Positions 22,492 through 37,026 of a stretch of DNA of 64,000 bases are shown here, piece after piece. Every line of letters begins with the position of its first letter. Positions within the stretch are counted from its first letter, which is position 1. The position numbers and the translations under genes were made by a program. The DNA is from Gnetum montanum (Eukaryota > Plantae > Gnetophyta), in assembly GCA_015680685.1 (NCBI GenBank), contig MNCI01000967.1, positions 124,001 to 188,000 on the forward strand. The letters are read 5' to 3'. Under the pieces are notes generated by a model, which saw only the letters and a program-made list of their open reading frames with translations, made no database searches and was not told the DNA's origin.

Positions 22492-25400
22492 ATGGCATAC
22501 CATCGTTCTGACAGCAGCGGTATGTATGTATGTTTGTTCCAGATTAAATTTATTACGTTTAGGGTCTGTGCTGCAGTTTTCGAATTCTATGTTTCTTCGT
22601 GCCTCCCCGATCTATGCCAAACGTTGATCTGCAGGGGTTTTTACAACCAATTGGCAAGTTAGGGTCCTTAGTTGTTGTTGATCTGGTTAGACTTCAAAAT
22701 TTCTGCGAAGGGCTTCAATTTGAGGGACCTGCAAGTTAGTGTACGAGTAAATTGTAGGGACCAAAGCTGAAAAGCTTAGCCTTTCTGCTTTTTCCCTAAG
22801 TTCATGATAGTAGATTCTATAATTTTCCAGAACCCTTTGTCTAGATGTTTGAAAATAAAGCGCCCTGCATGTCGTGTTGGTATAATTTTTTCTATATTCA
22901 AAATTCTGGGGCTAACATTTAATTTGTCCGGTATGCCTTATTGCCCTTGAATCTCCAACGTATGCGTAGAAGCAATATGGTTTGTTTAAACGTTCAGCCG
23001 TATGGATTGTGTTCACCTGACTACTGCATTTAGTTTATTTATTGTTATTAGCGATGTTACATTGCATTAACTCTGAATCTGAATCGTATAATCACACATT
23101 CAAGGCATGGTCGTGTCGTTTGTGGGATTTGTGTGAGCATTGTGATGAAATATTACTTTTTTTTTTAACAATCATTTGTGAATCTTTCCATTTAAAGGAT
23201 AAATTTCTCGCCTTTTGGGACATTGGAAATCTGTTGAAGAATCAGTGTTCCTTGTTTATTTTGTTTTTCTGCTTTAGGTTACATCTTTTGATGTCAACAT
23301 TCATATCCTTTCAGTCTTTGTTGCTTTTTGTTAAAGAAAATTCACGTTTTCTTTCTTTTTATTTTGAAAGAAGATAATTTCACAGAGATCATAATGATAA
23401 TAAAGTCGGACATCCATTTTATAAAAGGAAATGTGTATTAGAAGTTATGTAAACCAAGATGGAAGTCAGTAAAATAAGGAAAATAATTAGAGGCAGAAAC
23501 ATTGTTCTTATTCCTTTAAGCATCTTCAATAATTTTAAGCAGCTCTGGGCAAGCGCACCATGTTAGTTCAGAGGGTTCTTTATTGTGGCCCCTTTTTTTG
23601 GGGAAATTCTACCAGTTATACAGTTATCAATTCTGTAGATATTGTGAAATTACTGATCTTTTTTATGAGCTTGTTTTGGCAGAGAGGCCAATTACCAGCC
23701 CCATCCAAGAGAGTCCTTCTCTGTCATAGTAAAATGTAAAATAATTTTATCGTTGTAATGGTGAGGGGAAGCTCTTTGGGTCATGTTTTTTTGAACTTTA
23801 CCATAGTAAATAAATAATTATCATCATAATGCTAGGATAAGAGATGAACTTTTTTCACGAGTTTTATTATTTGTGAAAGTCCAACTACTTGGTAATCTGG
23901 ATTTTGTCCTTGGAGAATCAATTCTCAGTGAATCAATTTGAGATTTTTTAATTTAAAAGATATAAAAAATTCTCTCAGCAAAATGATAGATATGTATCAT
24001 AAATATATAGAGTTTTATTATTTGTGAAAGTCCAACTACTTGGTAATCTGGATTTTGTCCTTGGAGAATCAATTCTCAGTGAATCAATTTGAGATTTTTT
24101 AATTTAAAAGATATAAAAAATTCTCTCAGCAAAATGATAGATATGTATCATAAATATATAGCTAAACCAGTTGTTTACACCAACTTAACATTGGAATGAA
24201 AAATTTACCCATAGATTTTTATAGTTTCTGTGGGAACTTTATAATTTGATTAGAAACATATTGTAGTTGATGTTGAAACGTTCAATAGACACTGCATCAA
24301 GGTACTAATAATAGCATTTAGTTTTAAAAGAAATGGAGCGGTGCAAAAGGTTACGAAATCCTGTACTAATCTTAAGGGTGTCTGAAGGAAGAGCTAAAGA
24401 ATTATAGAATGACCATCCTAACCATGAGGATAATCAAGACAGTTTTGATCAGTCTGCAGTGTATCTATGCCCTGCAAGGTTTAGGTATAAAATGCTTGAG
24501 TCATAGGCTTGTAGCTTTAATTTGTGTAACTTCTTGCCATACAATTATTTTTAGGGTAAACATTTTAAGGCTATATGAAATTTGTCTTATGCATCCTGTG
24601 GAAATATAGTTGTTTGATACTGCATTATGCGTGCCTTGTAAGATTTTAGACATAGTACATCAGGCTTTAACCTCATAACCAATAAGAATAATGTTACAAG
24701 CGATTAAGATGTATATCCCTCTTAATTATAGCCATTTAACACTATATGCTGAAAGAAAATGAAGTAAAACTGTTTATCAATATCCAAATATATTTTATGC
24801 ATATCATTGTGGTGTAGCTTGTTGGTATGACTTGTGACTTGCATTCTACAATTATACTAAGATATAAATGCATTGTGAAAGAGAGAGTGACTGAATTTGA
24901 ATATCTTCTAAGAGATCCTTGGGGCCTGTTGGTCTCCATATGGGTGTTATAAAAACAAAATACTTCATTACTTATAGAAGAGACATACTTTTTAATAAAG
25001 GTCACATTCGCTCTCATTTGGGGATATCTATACCCAAGTTGGGCAATGTTGTAAATTGTCAACAGAGTCATTAATAAATCCCATCATATACATCTGATTA
25101 AGGATGATGATACAAAAAGAGTGGTTATCTAGGAATGGCTAAGTTTTGGTTTAACTTTGTTGATACCTTACTTGACATTATAGAAACATTATATCTTAGA
25201 GAGCCTACCAATCAAACACTTTGTGAAGGTGAGATTTTCTGGCGTGTACTAAACATCTGAAACTTACTATTGATTTATTTAAAAGAGTTTGTTTTCTGCA
25301 TAACTTAGATAATAACTCTTTCAAACTGCAAACCTGTAATTGCATGTGTGATCAATGTCTTTATGAACCAGTAACTTGTGATTCAAACAAAAGTTAATAT

Positions 25401-28400
25401 TGAAATTGGGCTTTTTCTTGTTATTTTAATGTTTGGTGCATACTTTTCCTTTCTTTTCATGTTATAGTTATCTCCAAGTTAAAGGTTTAGTTACTGTATG
25501 ATATTTGCCTGGCACATCCTGTCCATTTGTATATATGCATACATACTATACTATTACCAGATATTATTTCATCCTTAATTCTATTGTCACATTTTCTCTC
25601 CATGATATATGTTAAAAGATAACACTATCAAATTTGAAATTTGACTTTAAGCTTATTATGCAACTAAATTACCTTCTACACATTTTTGTGTGCATTTTCA
25701 TGGCTATTTTAGTAATTTAATTTCTCTACTGTTTAATGTTCTTAGTTACAGTTTGCTAATCAGGGATATCCTTTTTTTATATATGGATTCTCTGATATTT
25801 AAACTGCAAGTTACTTGTGACGCTAACAAAAAATTCGCTATATTAATGTAGTAATGTGTTTGATTGTTACATTATAACACCTATATATTTGCCAACAGGA
25901 ACAGATGATGACCATCCACCACCACCTCATGTGAATCGGCCATCAGGAGGAAGTCAAGTTGGTCGCAATGGAAGAGCTTCTGAAGGGATGCTTATGTATG
26001 GCAGAAATGATTCCGATTTGGAATCTCAAATTCATTTAATGGAAAAGGAGGCATACAGTGCTGTAGTGAGAGCGTTTATAGCTCAATCTGATACATTTTC
26101 TTGGGTAAAATTCATTTGATTTCTACATTCTTACAACTTGCTGCAAATCTTCTTGTTCTGGCATACTTTTAAAAAATGATAGTAAAGCTTAATTTATTGG
26201 TCTTATTTATTCTGTTCGTTTATATACATTGATGGATTGACATAGATACATTTTAATGTCATTTTAGGATAAAGAAGGACTTATCTCTGAGTTAAGAAAA
26301 GAATTAAGAGTTTCTGATGTGGAACACAGAACAATTTTAGGGAGCGTTAATTCAGATGGTGTTGTGAAACAGATAAGGTGAATTAAAAAAAAGTTCAAAT
26401 CTTCAAGTTAATTAAAGTTAATTAATCATTGCAGGAAGATGTGTGTTTTAAAATTAAATTTTATTTATTAACTAATACCTGTTTATGGGCCTGTGATCAG
26501 AGAATACAGACAGAATCTTTCAAATCCACATATTTCTATTTCAAATTCTGGGCGCTCTATTTTTGACAATCATGCTCCCATTATGTCATCATCAAGTAAA
26601 AGGCAAAAAGGTGTATCTTCCATATCGTCTTTGCCACCACCTGCAATATCACGTGCACATGGTCTTACAGGAATAGCTGGGAAGGGAGCAGTTTCAAGGA
26701 CGTCTAAAGAGGTATAATACTGGGGGATTGAAAGTTATATTTTTAGTTTAGCTTGTTGTTGATTTGCATTTTTAATTCTACTGTTTGTTACAGTGTGAAT
26801 AAATTCCTATTGTGTGCTAAAAAACTTACATGGCATAGTCATTTGACCTGAATGTACAAACATCAAGTGTAAAAACATCAAGAATCCATCAAATAGTCTT
26901 TTCACATTTTTTGAATAATTCACATAAACTTATGAAAAAGAAAATTTCAATTTAAACATCGAGAAAATAAAAAAATGCTGAAAGTGCAAATGATAAAATA
27001 ATAACTTATAAATCATTTCCTCTATTTATTCATCTTATTGTTGTATTTACGTTAGTAATTTAGATAAATGTTGGTAGTATTGTTTGCATAGTAATGGTCG
27101 TTGTAACTTTGCAAGTTTCTATTTCCTGTGGGTGTAGATTATTTTTAGAACTACCATTAATGGCAGAAGCTAAAAGTTATTTGAATGAAATGCAATGCTT
27201 TATCAAAGTGTGAAAGACATTCATTAGAATGATAACATTAATTATAATCACAAAGATCAAACGCTGAAATTGGCTATAACATTGTTTGAATTAAATCACA
27301 GGCAGATGATTAAGATATGTTGATATTCAAGACGCACAAGAATTATATGCCCAGTAATGCTTCTGTAGTTGTGTTCATTTTTATTTTTTCATGACTATAA
27401 TTTGCAACCAACATTTTTTGAAAATTTTAGCCTTGTACATGCCTATTTGTATCAGTGAATTTTTCCTGAATGTTTAGTACTTTTTCAAGCATCCAAAATT
27501 TGTTTTGGTGACTTTTATATTTTTCGTGCAGTCAAGTATTACTGTGTTGGGTGGAAAAAACAGTTCAAAGTGCAACACAGTATTCTTTGAAATACATGCA
27601 ATGTTAATAGTTCATGCAACCCGTTGACTATGCTGTATTTGACTTGAATCTATTTGCAATGTTATATAGAGATTCCCACGAGAGAATTGGAATGATAACG
27701 GTGGACATGATGAATTTGCTCAAGGAGAAGCCAACTATGGTGAAAAAGGTGCTCGATTTTTGCCATCAAATAAAGGGAGAACAACATCAAATGGTCAAAA
27801 ACCAAGTGTTCGTGTATCTTCTCAAAATCTCGTACACAGTAAGAAGCCTGTAAGTTTAGAGTTGCGTAACACAGAAAAGCTTTTAGAGAAGGTAAGATGT
27901 GATTTTATTCACCATAAATATTCTGATATCTGTGGTTCATTTTAGAGATAAAGCTCCATCTGTATGTAGCCTAAATTTGTTTCCTACTTGCATAATCAAA
28001 TTGTTTTTTTTTGTAGCCTAAGTAATTTCTTGCTGACTGTGTTTTCTAGAACTTGGTATTGCTATTTTAAGTGGTTAAATATGACCGGTATTTTATAACT
28101 CTTAAAAAAATAAAAAAAAAAATTGCAATTGGCTTTGTTAGAATGTACTCGCTAATTAAAGAACGATCATTAGTTTCTTAACTTGCATAAAATGTTATGA
28201 TGATCCATGAAGGGATATAACTATCTACCAGGTATAAGAAGCCTTTGGTTACGCTTTGGATCATGAACCATGGAATAATAAGGAAAGTAATCGTAAGCCA
28301 CCAGGAAAAGGAGATAGCTTATAAGACTAAACAAGGTTGAGAGCATTAAGTTGTAAATATATGACAAGAAAGAAAAGAGAAGACGTCTTAAGTGTTGGTT

Positions 28401-31400
28401 CCTGAAAAAAGATTCCTCAGCTCTTACAAACGGTACTTGAGGAAAAGACATCAGTCATAGATTGTAAGGATTGTTGATATTAAGATTTACAAAACTCAGT
28501 CGTGAGCAAATAGTTTAGAAATTTTGAGTCTCGGAAATGCCCGACATTCATAAAGGAAGATTGGAGCATACAGGACCAAATTGAAGAAAGTAAGCACAGT
28601 GAGGCCTTACGCCCAAAGGTGTAGGAAAAGGATTCAAGAAAGAAGTAGCAGGGATATTTCTAAGTTTGTGAGAAGAAGACAGCTAAAGATAATTGTCCTA
28701 GCATAGCTGTGGAGTGCTGAAGGACCTTGTTGTAGCTTGATCCATGTAAGACTAAGCAAAGGAAAATTTCCATTTGCATCATGAGTGTCTTAAGGAACCC
28801 ATGATGATGGAGAACTCTGAGATAGTGTAAAAGTTGTAGCACTGCCTGAGGAAGGAGCAACACCACAAAAAGGTAAGAAGTTCCCAAGAGACCAATCTGG
28901 AATATGAAATGCGTAAGCATAATGGTGTTACAATGAAGTATAACTGGAACTAGTACTAGTTGTGCCTTCTTCAAGATATGGTATGATTAGTACTAGATTA
29001 TAAAAACAATATCATTAATAACTCTGAATGTATTTCTTAAGTTTTTAAGTGACTACAAGTATTTGTAGGAAATTATTATATTCTACGGTCAATCTATAAG
29101 CAGAGTTTATGATGGCATTGGTAGCACTAAAATATAGATCCTGGTAAATTAGAGTTGTCCGTAACACAACCAAGCTCTAACAGTCTTAAATTTATTTATA
29201 ATACATTTGAATACGATTCTTTGTTAGTACTGGTGGTGGGGGTATCTGTTTGGTTAATGTGATCTACCGTATAGGAAAACAATTGAGAGCCCTTTTTTAA
29301 TCTCTCAGAACCACCCATCCTTAAACCGACACCAGAGGATGTAAAGGTTACAAGTGTGAAACACTACGGTTAAAAAGTTCATTTTTGGCTCATCATCAGG
29401 TTTGTGAGGAAGTCCATCACATTTTCTTTGTGGTCGGTCTTTCATATTGGTGGCTTTCCTTTTTCAGTGACATATCTAATCATGTGATATTATCAATGTA
29501 TGTTGTTCTCTTGTTGTATCTTACATACTGACATTCCTTGTCAAGTGAATAACACCTTGGTTATTGCAACATACTATCTACTTAAGCACAAGCAACTCAA
29601 TAATGTACAAAAGATGGTGCATTTCATTTGCTGATTCTATCAAGGAAATGTATTCTGCGTCCATATTCAATAATGCCACATCTGATTGAAGCTTTGACAT
29701 CTGAAGGATGGCTTCTCCAGCTAGAGAGTGAAAACATAGCCTGATTAAGCATTTCTAGAATCTCTGCTTCTTTTATATGTAGCACTAGAATATCTGTTTG
29801 TTTTTTCAATTCCCAAAACATGAGCATAGAAATTTTTGCTATCGTTGCCAATATTCTACTACAAGATGAAGTGATGATCAACCTTCTGAGAGATCTCTTA
29901 TATGATGTAGATGCCGTTCTGCAGGTCGAGTTGCTGGTTTGGAATACAAATAAGTATGAAATTTACCATTCCTTGCAATCATTGGGTTGCAAATTCCACT
30001 ATCTGATCTATTTGACAGGTTTAACTTGAAGTATTGTTGTGTTGAACCAGGATAGTTTATTTGAAGTTACTCAACCATAATCATAGTTTTCAATTCCAAT
30101 TTGACATGTCTATTTGGCAACTTGATCGATTTTTGATTCAGGAATAATTTGTCAATAATTTTAAAGGTTTCACAATTATTTGTGAGGCTTAAAATACTAT
30201 TTATATAATAGATATTTAAAAAATATAACACTAAAACTTAGCAAATTTATATACTAATTCATAAATAGAAATGCAGAAATGTGGAAATGCGTATAAGAGA
30301 TTTGCCATTTTAATCTCACTTTTCTCTCATTTTTGTGACTTTCCCATAAAATGCAAGTATGCTACAGACATTGTCTGCCGTGGCCTGATTGCATTGTTAA
30401 AAATGTGAAATCGAAGAAGATACCATGAAAAAAGATAGAACCCTTCACCTTGAGGCAGGGTTGCAATATGGGAGCAATTGAGCAATATACTGAATAGAGT
30501 ATGTAGATTAATTTTATTTTTACATGCCTTGAAAGTTTGGGTTGAATAGTGTTTTTGAATCTGCCTGTATTTATAATTATTCAGCAGAGTTTCATAACTG
30601 TTAAGATTTGCCTTTATCCATTGAAAAATCAACGAATTATAAGGCGAATAATCCTTTTTTAACAATGTGATTATACAGTGAATATTGACTGAATTTGAAA
30701 ACACTGACTATGATATTTAACATAAATATACATGTTTCTGTATTTCTATACACAAATAATTTTCTTAATGGAACCACATTCTTCTTTTATCACATCAGAG
30801 ACATATAATTCATTATTTCAGAATCATAAACAAATATTTAAGAACACTTTATCTTTCTCATTCTGTAGGATATTAGTTCTTCATTTGTCTGTTCATTGCA
30901 GAATCTATCTTTGCTATTTTCCAATATCTATGGAATCGATTCTTGTTCTTTTTCCCAACATTGTGAAATTTGCTGCAGAATCGTTTTTTCAGTCATTTTT
31001 GAAATATGTATTCCCTTCTATCTACATCTTTTTGTACATACATTGTCTTTTATCTGTCTATATCTGTCTGTTTCTTACCATTGTTACATATTGCTTGGAT
31101 TATATGGTCTCTAGAACTATTACACCTTTTCACCATGAGACATCTTATCACGACAAGTTTCTGACTTAAATCTGGTGAATTATTGGTTTCTGTAACAGAA
31201 ATATAATGGGGTATTATCCTTGGGAACATTGCAATTGCAGACAAATAAATTTCAACTGATCATCATCATCATCTTAGCCTTTTCCCAACAAAATGTGGTT
31301 GGCTACATGAGTTCTTTTTTGCCATTCACCTCTATGAAGAGCTAGATCTTTGTTTGCTTGCAGTTTCTTCAAATCATCTTTGATTGTTTTTTTCCATATC

Positions 31401-34400
31401 TTTGTTTGTCTTTATTTCGGTGGCTTTCCTAGAATAACATGTTTCATGTTCATTAGCCAAGAAAACAGCATGGTTACTGTTAACCCATCTCTAACCCAGT
31501 TCCACAATACCCCGCAACAAGGTTTAGTGTAGGAGCCATCCTGCCTTGAAGGTGGGTGATACTCATACAGCCATCCAAAATCCAAAATTTTTGTCGCTGG
31601 ATCTTTAGCCACACCCATTTCTGAGGGAACTTTTCCCAACGTGACAATATTGCACATCGTTTCTAGAGGACATCCTAGCAAGCCGTTGTGCATTTTCTAC
31701 AACAACTGAGCCCTGTGACTGTTGTGCATTGTATCTTGGGAATGCCCTTGCATCTGCAAAATCTGAAAAAGAATTCATTCATGAGATTTGGCAAGGTTTT
31801 ACCAATGAGTTTTAAAATTTGAAAATGTTCTTTATAAGATGGTGATGTCAATGTGAGTGGCTACCTTTGAACAAATGACATTAAGAGGCCTGTGTTGGTC
31901 AACACAATGGATTAAAAGTCGTCACTCCTTTCCATCACTCATGAGATCCAGGATTGAAATAACAGAGATACCAAAAAATGGTAAAACAGAAGATCAAAAT
32001 AACAGAGAGATATAGGATTGAAACTAGGACTACCTTGTCATTTAACATCAAGTTCTGCCTTTTTATAAGGATAAAAAGATTTCCATACATTTTTTTTTCC
32101 AAAAAAAAAAAAGAAAACTTTTTTCATACAACAATATTTAGTCATGTTCAAAGTGACATTTTCAAAGTCTTTAGCACTTGTGTTTGAGAATCTAAATTCA
32201 TTATAACTGCTTTGGATGTCTCATGGTGATTGTTCATGAGTGAGTTTGTTTTTTCCCTTCCTCTTGTGGCTCATCATTCCCCTCTAGATCGTTCAGTGAT
32301 TTTATGTTTGACAGAGAGAAGTTATGACATTTGGTTAATGGAATCTGAAAATCTTGGAGAGAAACATTTGGTGTGAAGAAACATGGCAATATAGTTTACC
32401 ATATTGCCATATGCAAAATAAGGTTTTTTTTTATCTTGTGGCGAGACTTTTGAGAAACTGTTCATTTTCTTTAATGTTTGTTAATGCTTGTAGCCCATGA
32501 CAGCTCAAAATCTTGCTGACACAGCGTGCAGATTTTTTAAACTGTTGACAGTCAACTTTTTCCCTATTGCACAGTAAGTCAAATTAACAAACATGGAGAT
32601 AATGTTGCAATATAGTTTCTTCAAATGTCTTAACTTCTATCCAGTTTTTTTCCTCTTATTTTCTTCAAAGACTTGTACACTTAGAAGCAGGGGCTTCACT
32701 CCAGAGACAGGAAGCTCTTTTCTGGAGAAAATAGTTAGAGTCTTATAGAAGTCATTAAATGCATTCTGGGGGATGTTCTCAGATAGCTTAAACCTGTAGA
32801 TATTGGTGAATTCAACTGTAACGATGTCATTCTGATAGTTCCATAGATATTTCCAGAGCTTTTCACTGGAAATCACTTCTTTTGGTTTCACAGTTGCAGC
32901 AGTATGGCATTATATGCTCAATTTGTTCAGTTTTCTTTAAACTTTCTGAGCTAATGGACTCACAGATTGGTTATCAAAATTACGTGTGTTGATATTGAAG
33001 TCATATTTCTTGATTTCTTGTTCTGAAACGATAATGTGGTGTCCTTTGGTTTATTTGGTTGTAATATTGCTTTCGTTGTCACTCCTTTTCGTTTTAGGAT
33101 GACATGGTTTAGAAAAGTCACATCTTCTGGCAATTACTATGATACAAATTTGGTTAATCTTTGCATGCTTCTTGATTTCCTTCGTTGTTTCTCTAAGCGT
33201 TTTTTGTTCATTCTGAACGTCTTGAAGTAGTATTGTGTTTCCAATGAGTTTCTTCAAAGTGATAGGAATCCATGAGTACTCTTGTATTCTTCACATATTG
33301 TAGAGAAGCAAGCTCCTCATTGACCACAAACTTTTTATGTGATATCAGTTTGATCTTTCAAAATTGCATTCATATTAATGATTTCCTTGTTTGCTAAAGA
33401 GCGCAATCACAACTGCTGCTTGGTATTCTTAGTTTATGGAATTTGGCTTTGCCACCATGTCTAGTTATCCTATTGGAATTAGTTAGATAACTTATTTCAG
33501 TTTTCACCTTTCACTTTCCAGATCGTTACCCTCTTAACTGTCACAAATTTCATAGAACTTGTTTTCTTCTATTTAGTTCCTCCAAAACCATACTGTGATA
33601 CAATATTGATATTACAAGAACCTATGAGTTTCTACTACGTTTGATTATTTGAAATTACTTTACAATTTCAATCGTTTTCTTCTATTTATTTCCTCCAAAA
33701 CCATACTGTTATACAATATTGATATTACAAGAACCTATGGGTTCCTACTACGTTTGATTATTTGAAATTGCTTTACAATTTCAATCATAATTCTTTCAAC
33801 ATATAGATGGTTTATTCGTTTTCATACATATAAAATATTTAATGGAACCACGTTCTTCATATCATACCATAGACAGATATACTTCATCATTGGAATTTTA
33901 ACTATTATTTAAGAAAACTTTATCTTCTTATTCCATAAGACTTTAGTTCTTCCTTGTCTTGTTCATTGCGGAATCTATCACTGTTATTTTTCCCAATGTT
34001 ATTCTTTCAATCAGTGCGGAATTTTCTTTTTAGTCATTTTTTACCCATGTATTCTTTTCCATCCACTTCTTTTTATCCATATATCTGCGTTATCTGTCTA
34101 TATTTTACCAATGCTTCTTTCCATGATAGTTATTCTGTGATTACTGTTTTCCGGAATGGAAAGAAGACTTGGCTTTATTCGGTTTCATCCTTAAAAACTG
34201 TTATAACCGTGGAAGAAAAATCCAACTGAGGATGAGGTATTGAACATGTTGGGTGATTACATATGTTTTCTTTGTTGTTTGTAGCTGCCAATAATTGCTT
34301 TGTTCTTTTGCTCGTGGCATTTGTTATGAACCTTGTAAATTGTGTATCCTCTCTTTCGTTTGCAACAAGGGCTAGAAAGCGTCATGGGTTACCATTATAT

Positions 34401-35348
34401 TTCCTCCACAATTAGCAAGGTTTCGGTTAATAGAATGATTCTTTCTCTATAAATTAAAGAAGGGAAGTGCATATTTAACTGAAGTTTGTTAAATAAAATG
34501 ACATGTTGAGATGAGGCTTCCGTAGGGTGGATAAGCTGTTTGAAAATAGATTGCCTATGCGACCTCTTGAGCATACATCCAGCTATTTTTATGAAATGTT
34601 GAACTGTGCCTTTGTTGGATCTTGAAATCGTAACCTATTGGTAGTTAAAATTTTTACAAATAATACATATCATTTTAAATTTATATACATTCTAACTTTA
34701 GCACGTATTCTCTATTTTATTATTGTTATTTTCACTGTCCTGGAGCTGTTTCACAAGTAGTCTGTATGATATTGATCGAGCATATTCTTGCTTAATTTTA
34801 GGTGGAACAAATATTTGGGAATGCACATTCTGATCCTAGTGAGAGAGAACGGGCCAAAGCAACTCTGAAGGTAGGAATTTGATTATTTACAGATGACTTG
34901 CAAGAAGCTTGTATCTCAAACATTTTTTATATACATTAGTTAATCACGTTGATTTTGCTTATGAATAGACAGCTTTCGCATTTTGAAATGCTAACATCTG
35001 TTATAATACTGAAGGAACATGAACAAGCTCTTGTGGATGCAATTTTTCAACTTGGTGAAATGACCGAAGATGGTAAGATTTTAATTTTTTATTTCATCAA
35101 TCCATTTCTCTTCAAGCATCTACGTTTTTGGCCTATTTGACATCGTGATGATGAAGTAATATGCTCAAATTGCAGGTCATCCTTTGAAAGCCAAAAAGGG
35201 GAGAATGCAGAATAATAGAAAAGGAAACGTAAACCAGGGTAGCATCTACAATGAAGGGTGCAGAAGGATCATTTCAGATAGGCAACCTATACCAGCAGAA
35301 GATGGTGGTGCCTATGATGATCAGCATGACACTGAGGGAGATGTTTAG
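22492..35348 (+). CDS. EML: EMSY-like ENT-domain protein, about 358 aa; exons 22492-22519, 25899-26104, 26268-26377, 26501-26711, 27670-27891, 34802-34870, 35015-35072, 35176-35348
   Basis: [64 protein letters not shown] and C-terminal VEQIFGNAHSDPSERERAKATLKEHEQALVDAI match plant EML proteins. All introns are GT-AG, phases are consistent, and the 1077-nt frame is open. Confidence 0.92.
23859..24160. repeat. Near-perfect tandem duplication of about 151 bp in intron 1
   Basis: GAGTTTT(T)ATTATTTGTGAAAGTCC...CATAAATATATA occurs twice in tandem. Confidence 0.9.
24600..25270 (-). mobile_element. Highly degenerate Copia RT/RH-like fragment in intron 1
   Basis: Only weak remnants (LIGRL.., possible YxDxD region). 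Confidence 0.35.
28220..28980 (-). mobile_element. Possible L1-type LINE 3' fragment (RNase H-like)
   Basis: Weak GFLK and (I)PR..N..AH-like remnants on the minus strand; composition shifts from the surrounding intron. Confidence 0.3.
29360..30150 (-). mobile_element. Ty1/Copia RT-RNase H remnant in intron 5
   Basis: SGYVFTL/AGEAILQMSKLQSDVALLNMDAEYISL, CNNQGVIHL and KENVMDFLT match the Copia RH consensus. Confidence 0.8.
31258..31420 (-). mobile_element. RTE-clade LINE 3' end with (GAT)n tail
   Basis: Minus strand reads GATCTAGCTCTTCATAGAGGTGAATGG...GTTGGGAAAAGGCTAAGATGATGATG. A second copy lies at 44690-44803. Confidence 0.75.
33561..33786. repeat. Tandem duplication of about 113 bp (2 copies, several mismatches)
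   Basis: GTTTTCTTCTATTTA...TTTACAATTTCAATC repeated. Confidence 0.9.
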
Positions 35349-37026
35349 TATCTAACGAGGATTTGTCAGACCCCTGCTAGATGTCATATAAATAGTACAC
35401 TGACTTTTTGAATTGTCAACTCTAGCTGCTTGGCATTGTTCATGATCAAATGAATATGTCTTGATGATGTGACACTCAACTTGCGTTTGCAAGATTTTGT
35501 AAATTTTAATGGCCAAATGTGACGCTGCCTTTGATGCCTGAAGTTGTCTGTCTTGATGCCTGCCATCACAATGTTTCTTCTATTTGAAGAAGACTCCGTT
35601 AAATGGAATTAGTGGCTACAAATGAATCCTAGCATTTTCCTTGTTTGAAATTAATACTGTTTAGTATTTACTCTGTTTATTTTAAGTTTGTGGTATTAGC
35701 ACAATGGCAAGACAAGGAAACTGTGTGCTGCTATCCTCAAATTTTGTTACATATACGAGTTTCTTCAAAATTTCCAGACGAAGTAATCTTTGCTTATACA
35801 AACCAATGTTTTATGCTGTGAATATTATTACTATCGTTATTTTTATATTGGCTACATATTTTATGTGCACTTAATGAAATTGTTTTGCTATCCCATAGAA
35901 CACCAGCATGAAATGTTATGTATTGAATGATCTCATCTTTAAGTCTAGCCCAAGAGAAAACGAGTAAATGGTGATTAAGGTAAATATCACATGTGAAAAA
36001 GGGATATTCCTTCCACAATACATATAGGGTCATTTAATTGTTGGACATTGATTTTTAATCGATTGATGAATGTTGGGGCAAATAAATTGAAGGACGGTGT
36101 CCGGTTGAAGTTAATATTTCAAGCACCAAAATTGAAAGATGTGACTTACGTACCAAATATTATACCTTTGGAAATTTGAGATAAGTTACAAATCTGCAGT
36201 TCATTAGGGAAATGACATGTTATGCTGCGTGGGAGATCTTGTAGATGTATACGATTGATTTGTTTGGGGTTCTGTTTAACAAACTTGATGGATGTGATAA
36301 GGATTTGAATGCCACCTGTTGGTGGGGGAAGCAACCGAGTTGCACACCCCTTGCTTTTTGAGGCTTCTTCTACCTGCGTTTGACACCACCTCCAGTGCAA
36401 TATATGCTAATAGCACGTGATTGACTTAATCATGATGACCTAATTATAAGAGCAGAGCGGAGCTCTTAGCTACACATAATTCAGAATTGGGTAGTGCAAC
36501 ACCATAATTCAAAATTGGGTAGGGCAAAAACTATCAATAGAAAACGAAGGTCTCTTATAAAGGACATAACAGTATTTATACATAGCATGGTGGAGGCGAA
36601 CCCAGCTTAGGCTATGGCTAACCATCATATTTTATAATAATACAATAGGTAAAAGTATCTACTTTCTTGGTCTTGTATTTGGAGACTTCTTGTTAAATCT
36701 ATGTTGAATTCATTGGTAATTGCTTGATATAATCCTTGAAAACCATTTTGCATAACTTATTTTTATGCTTTAAGACTGGCATGATTTCACCAATTTTGTA
36801 ATTTGCCTACAACTTTACTTAAACCAAAGGATATAAGCCTTAGGGATGCTTAGACAAGAATGTTTAGAAGGCGTGCTATGCTGCTGTTTTGGTCTCTCTG
36901 TTTGATGCCTCTGACTCTTTGGGAAAGTAAACACACAATTGGCCTTTCGAAAAAGTAAAAGGCGCACACAATTGACTCCTTGGAAAAGTAAAAGGTTGAG
37001 GGGGCTTCCCAAGGAGGCATTTACTT

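Larger units (their letters stand above)
30560..34260 (-). mobile_element. Degenerate Copia-like gag/integrase debris (two diverged copies at 30720-31240 and 33790-34260)
   Basis: The two blocks align (AATGGAACCAC...TTCATTGCxGAATCTATC). The minus strand is A-rich, with faint gag-knuckle and integrase remnants upstream of the Copia RT/RH. Confidence 0.4.

Noticed and set aside
22144-34229. Numerous 60-145 aa F/L/I-rich ORFs in the promoter and introns
   Set aside because: Low-complexity products of T-rich intron or antisense TE sequence, with no recognisable domains.
35348-36500. Functional link between an EML gene (family implicated in pathogen defence) and the adjacent endogenous virus
   Set aside because: Adjacency alone is not evidence; caulimovirid insertions near genes are common.
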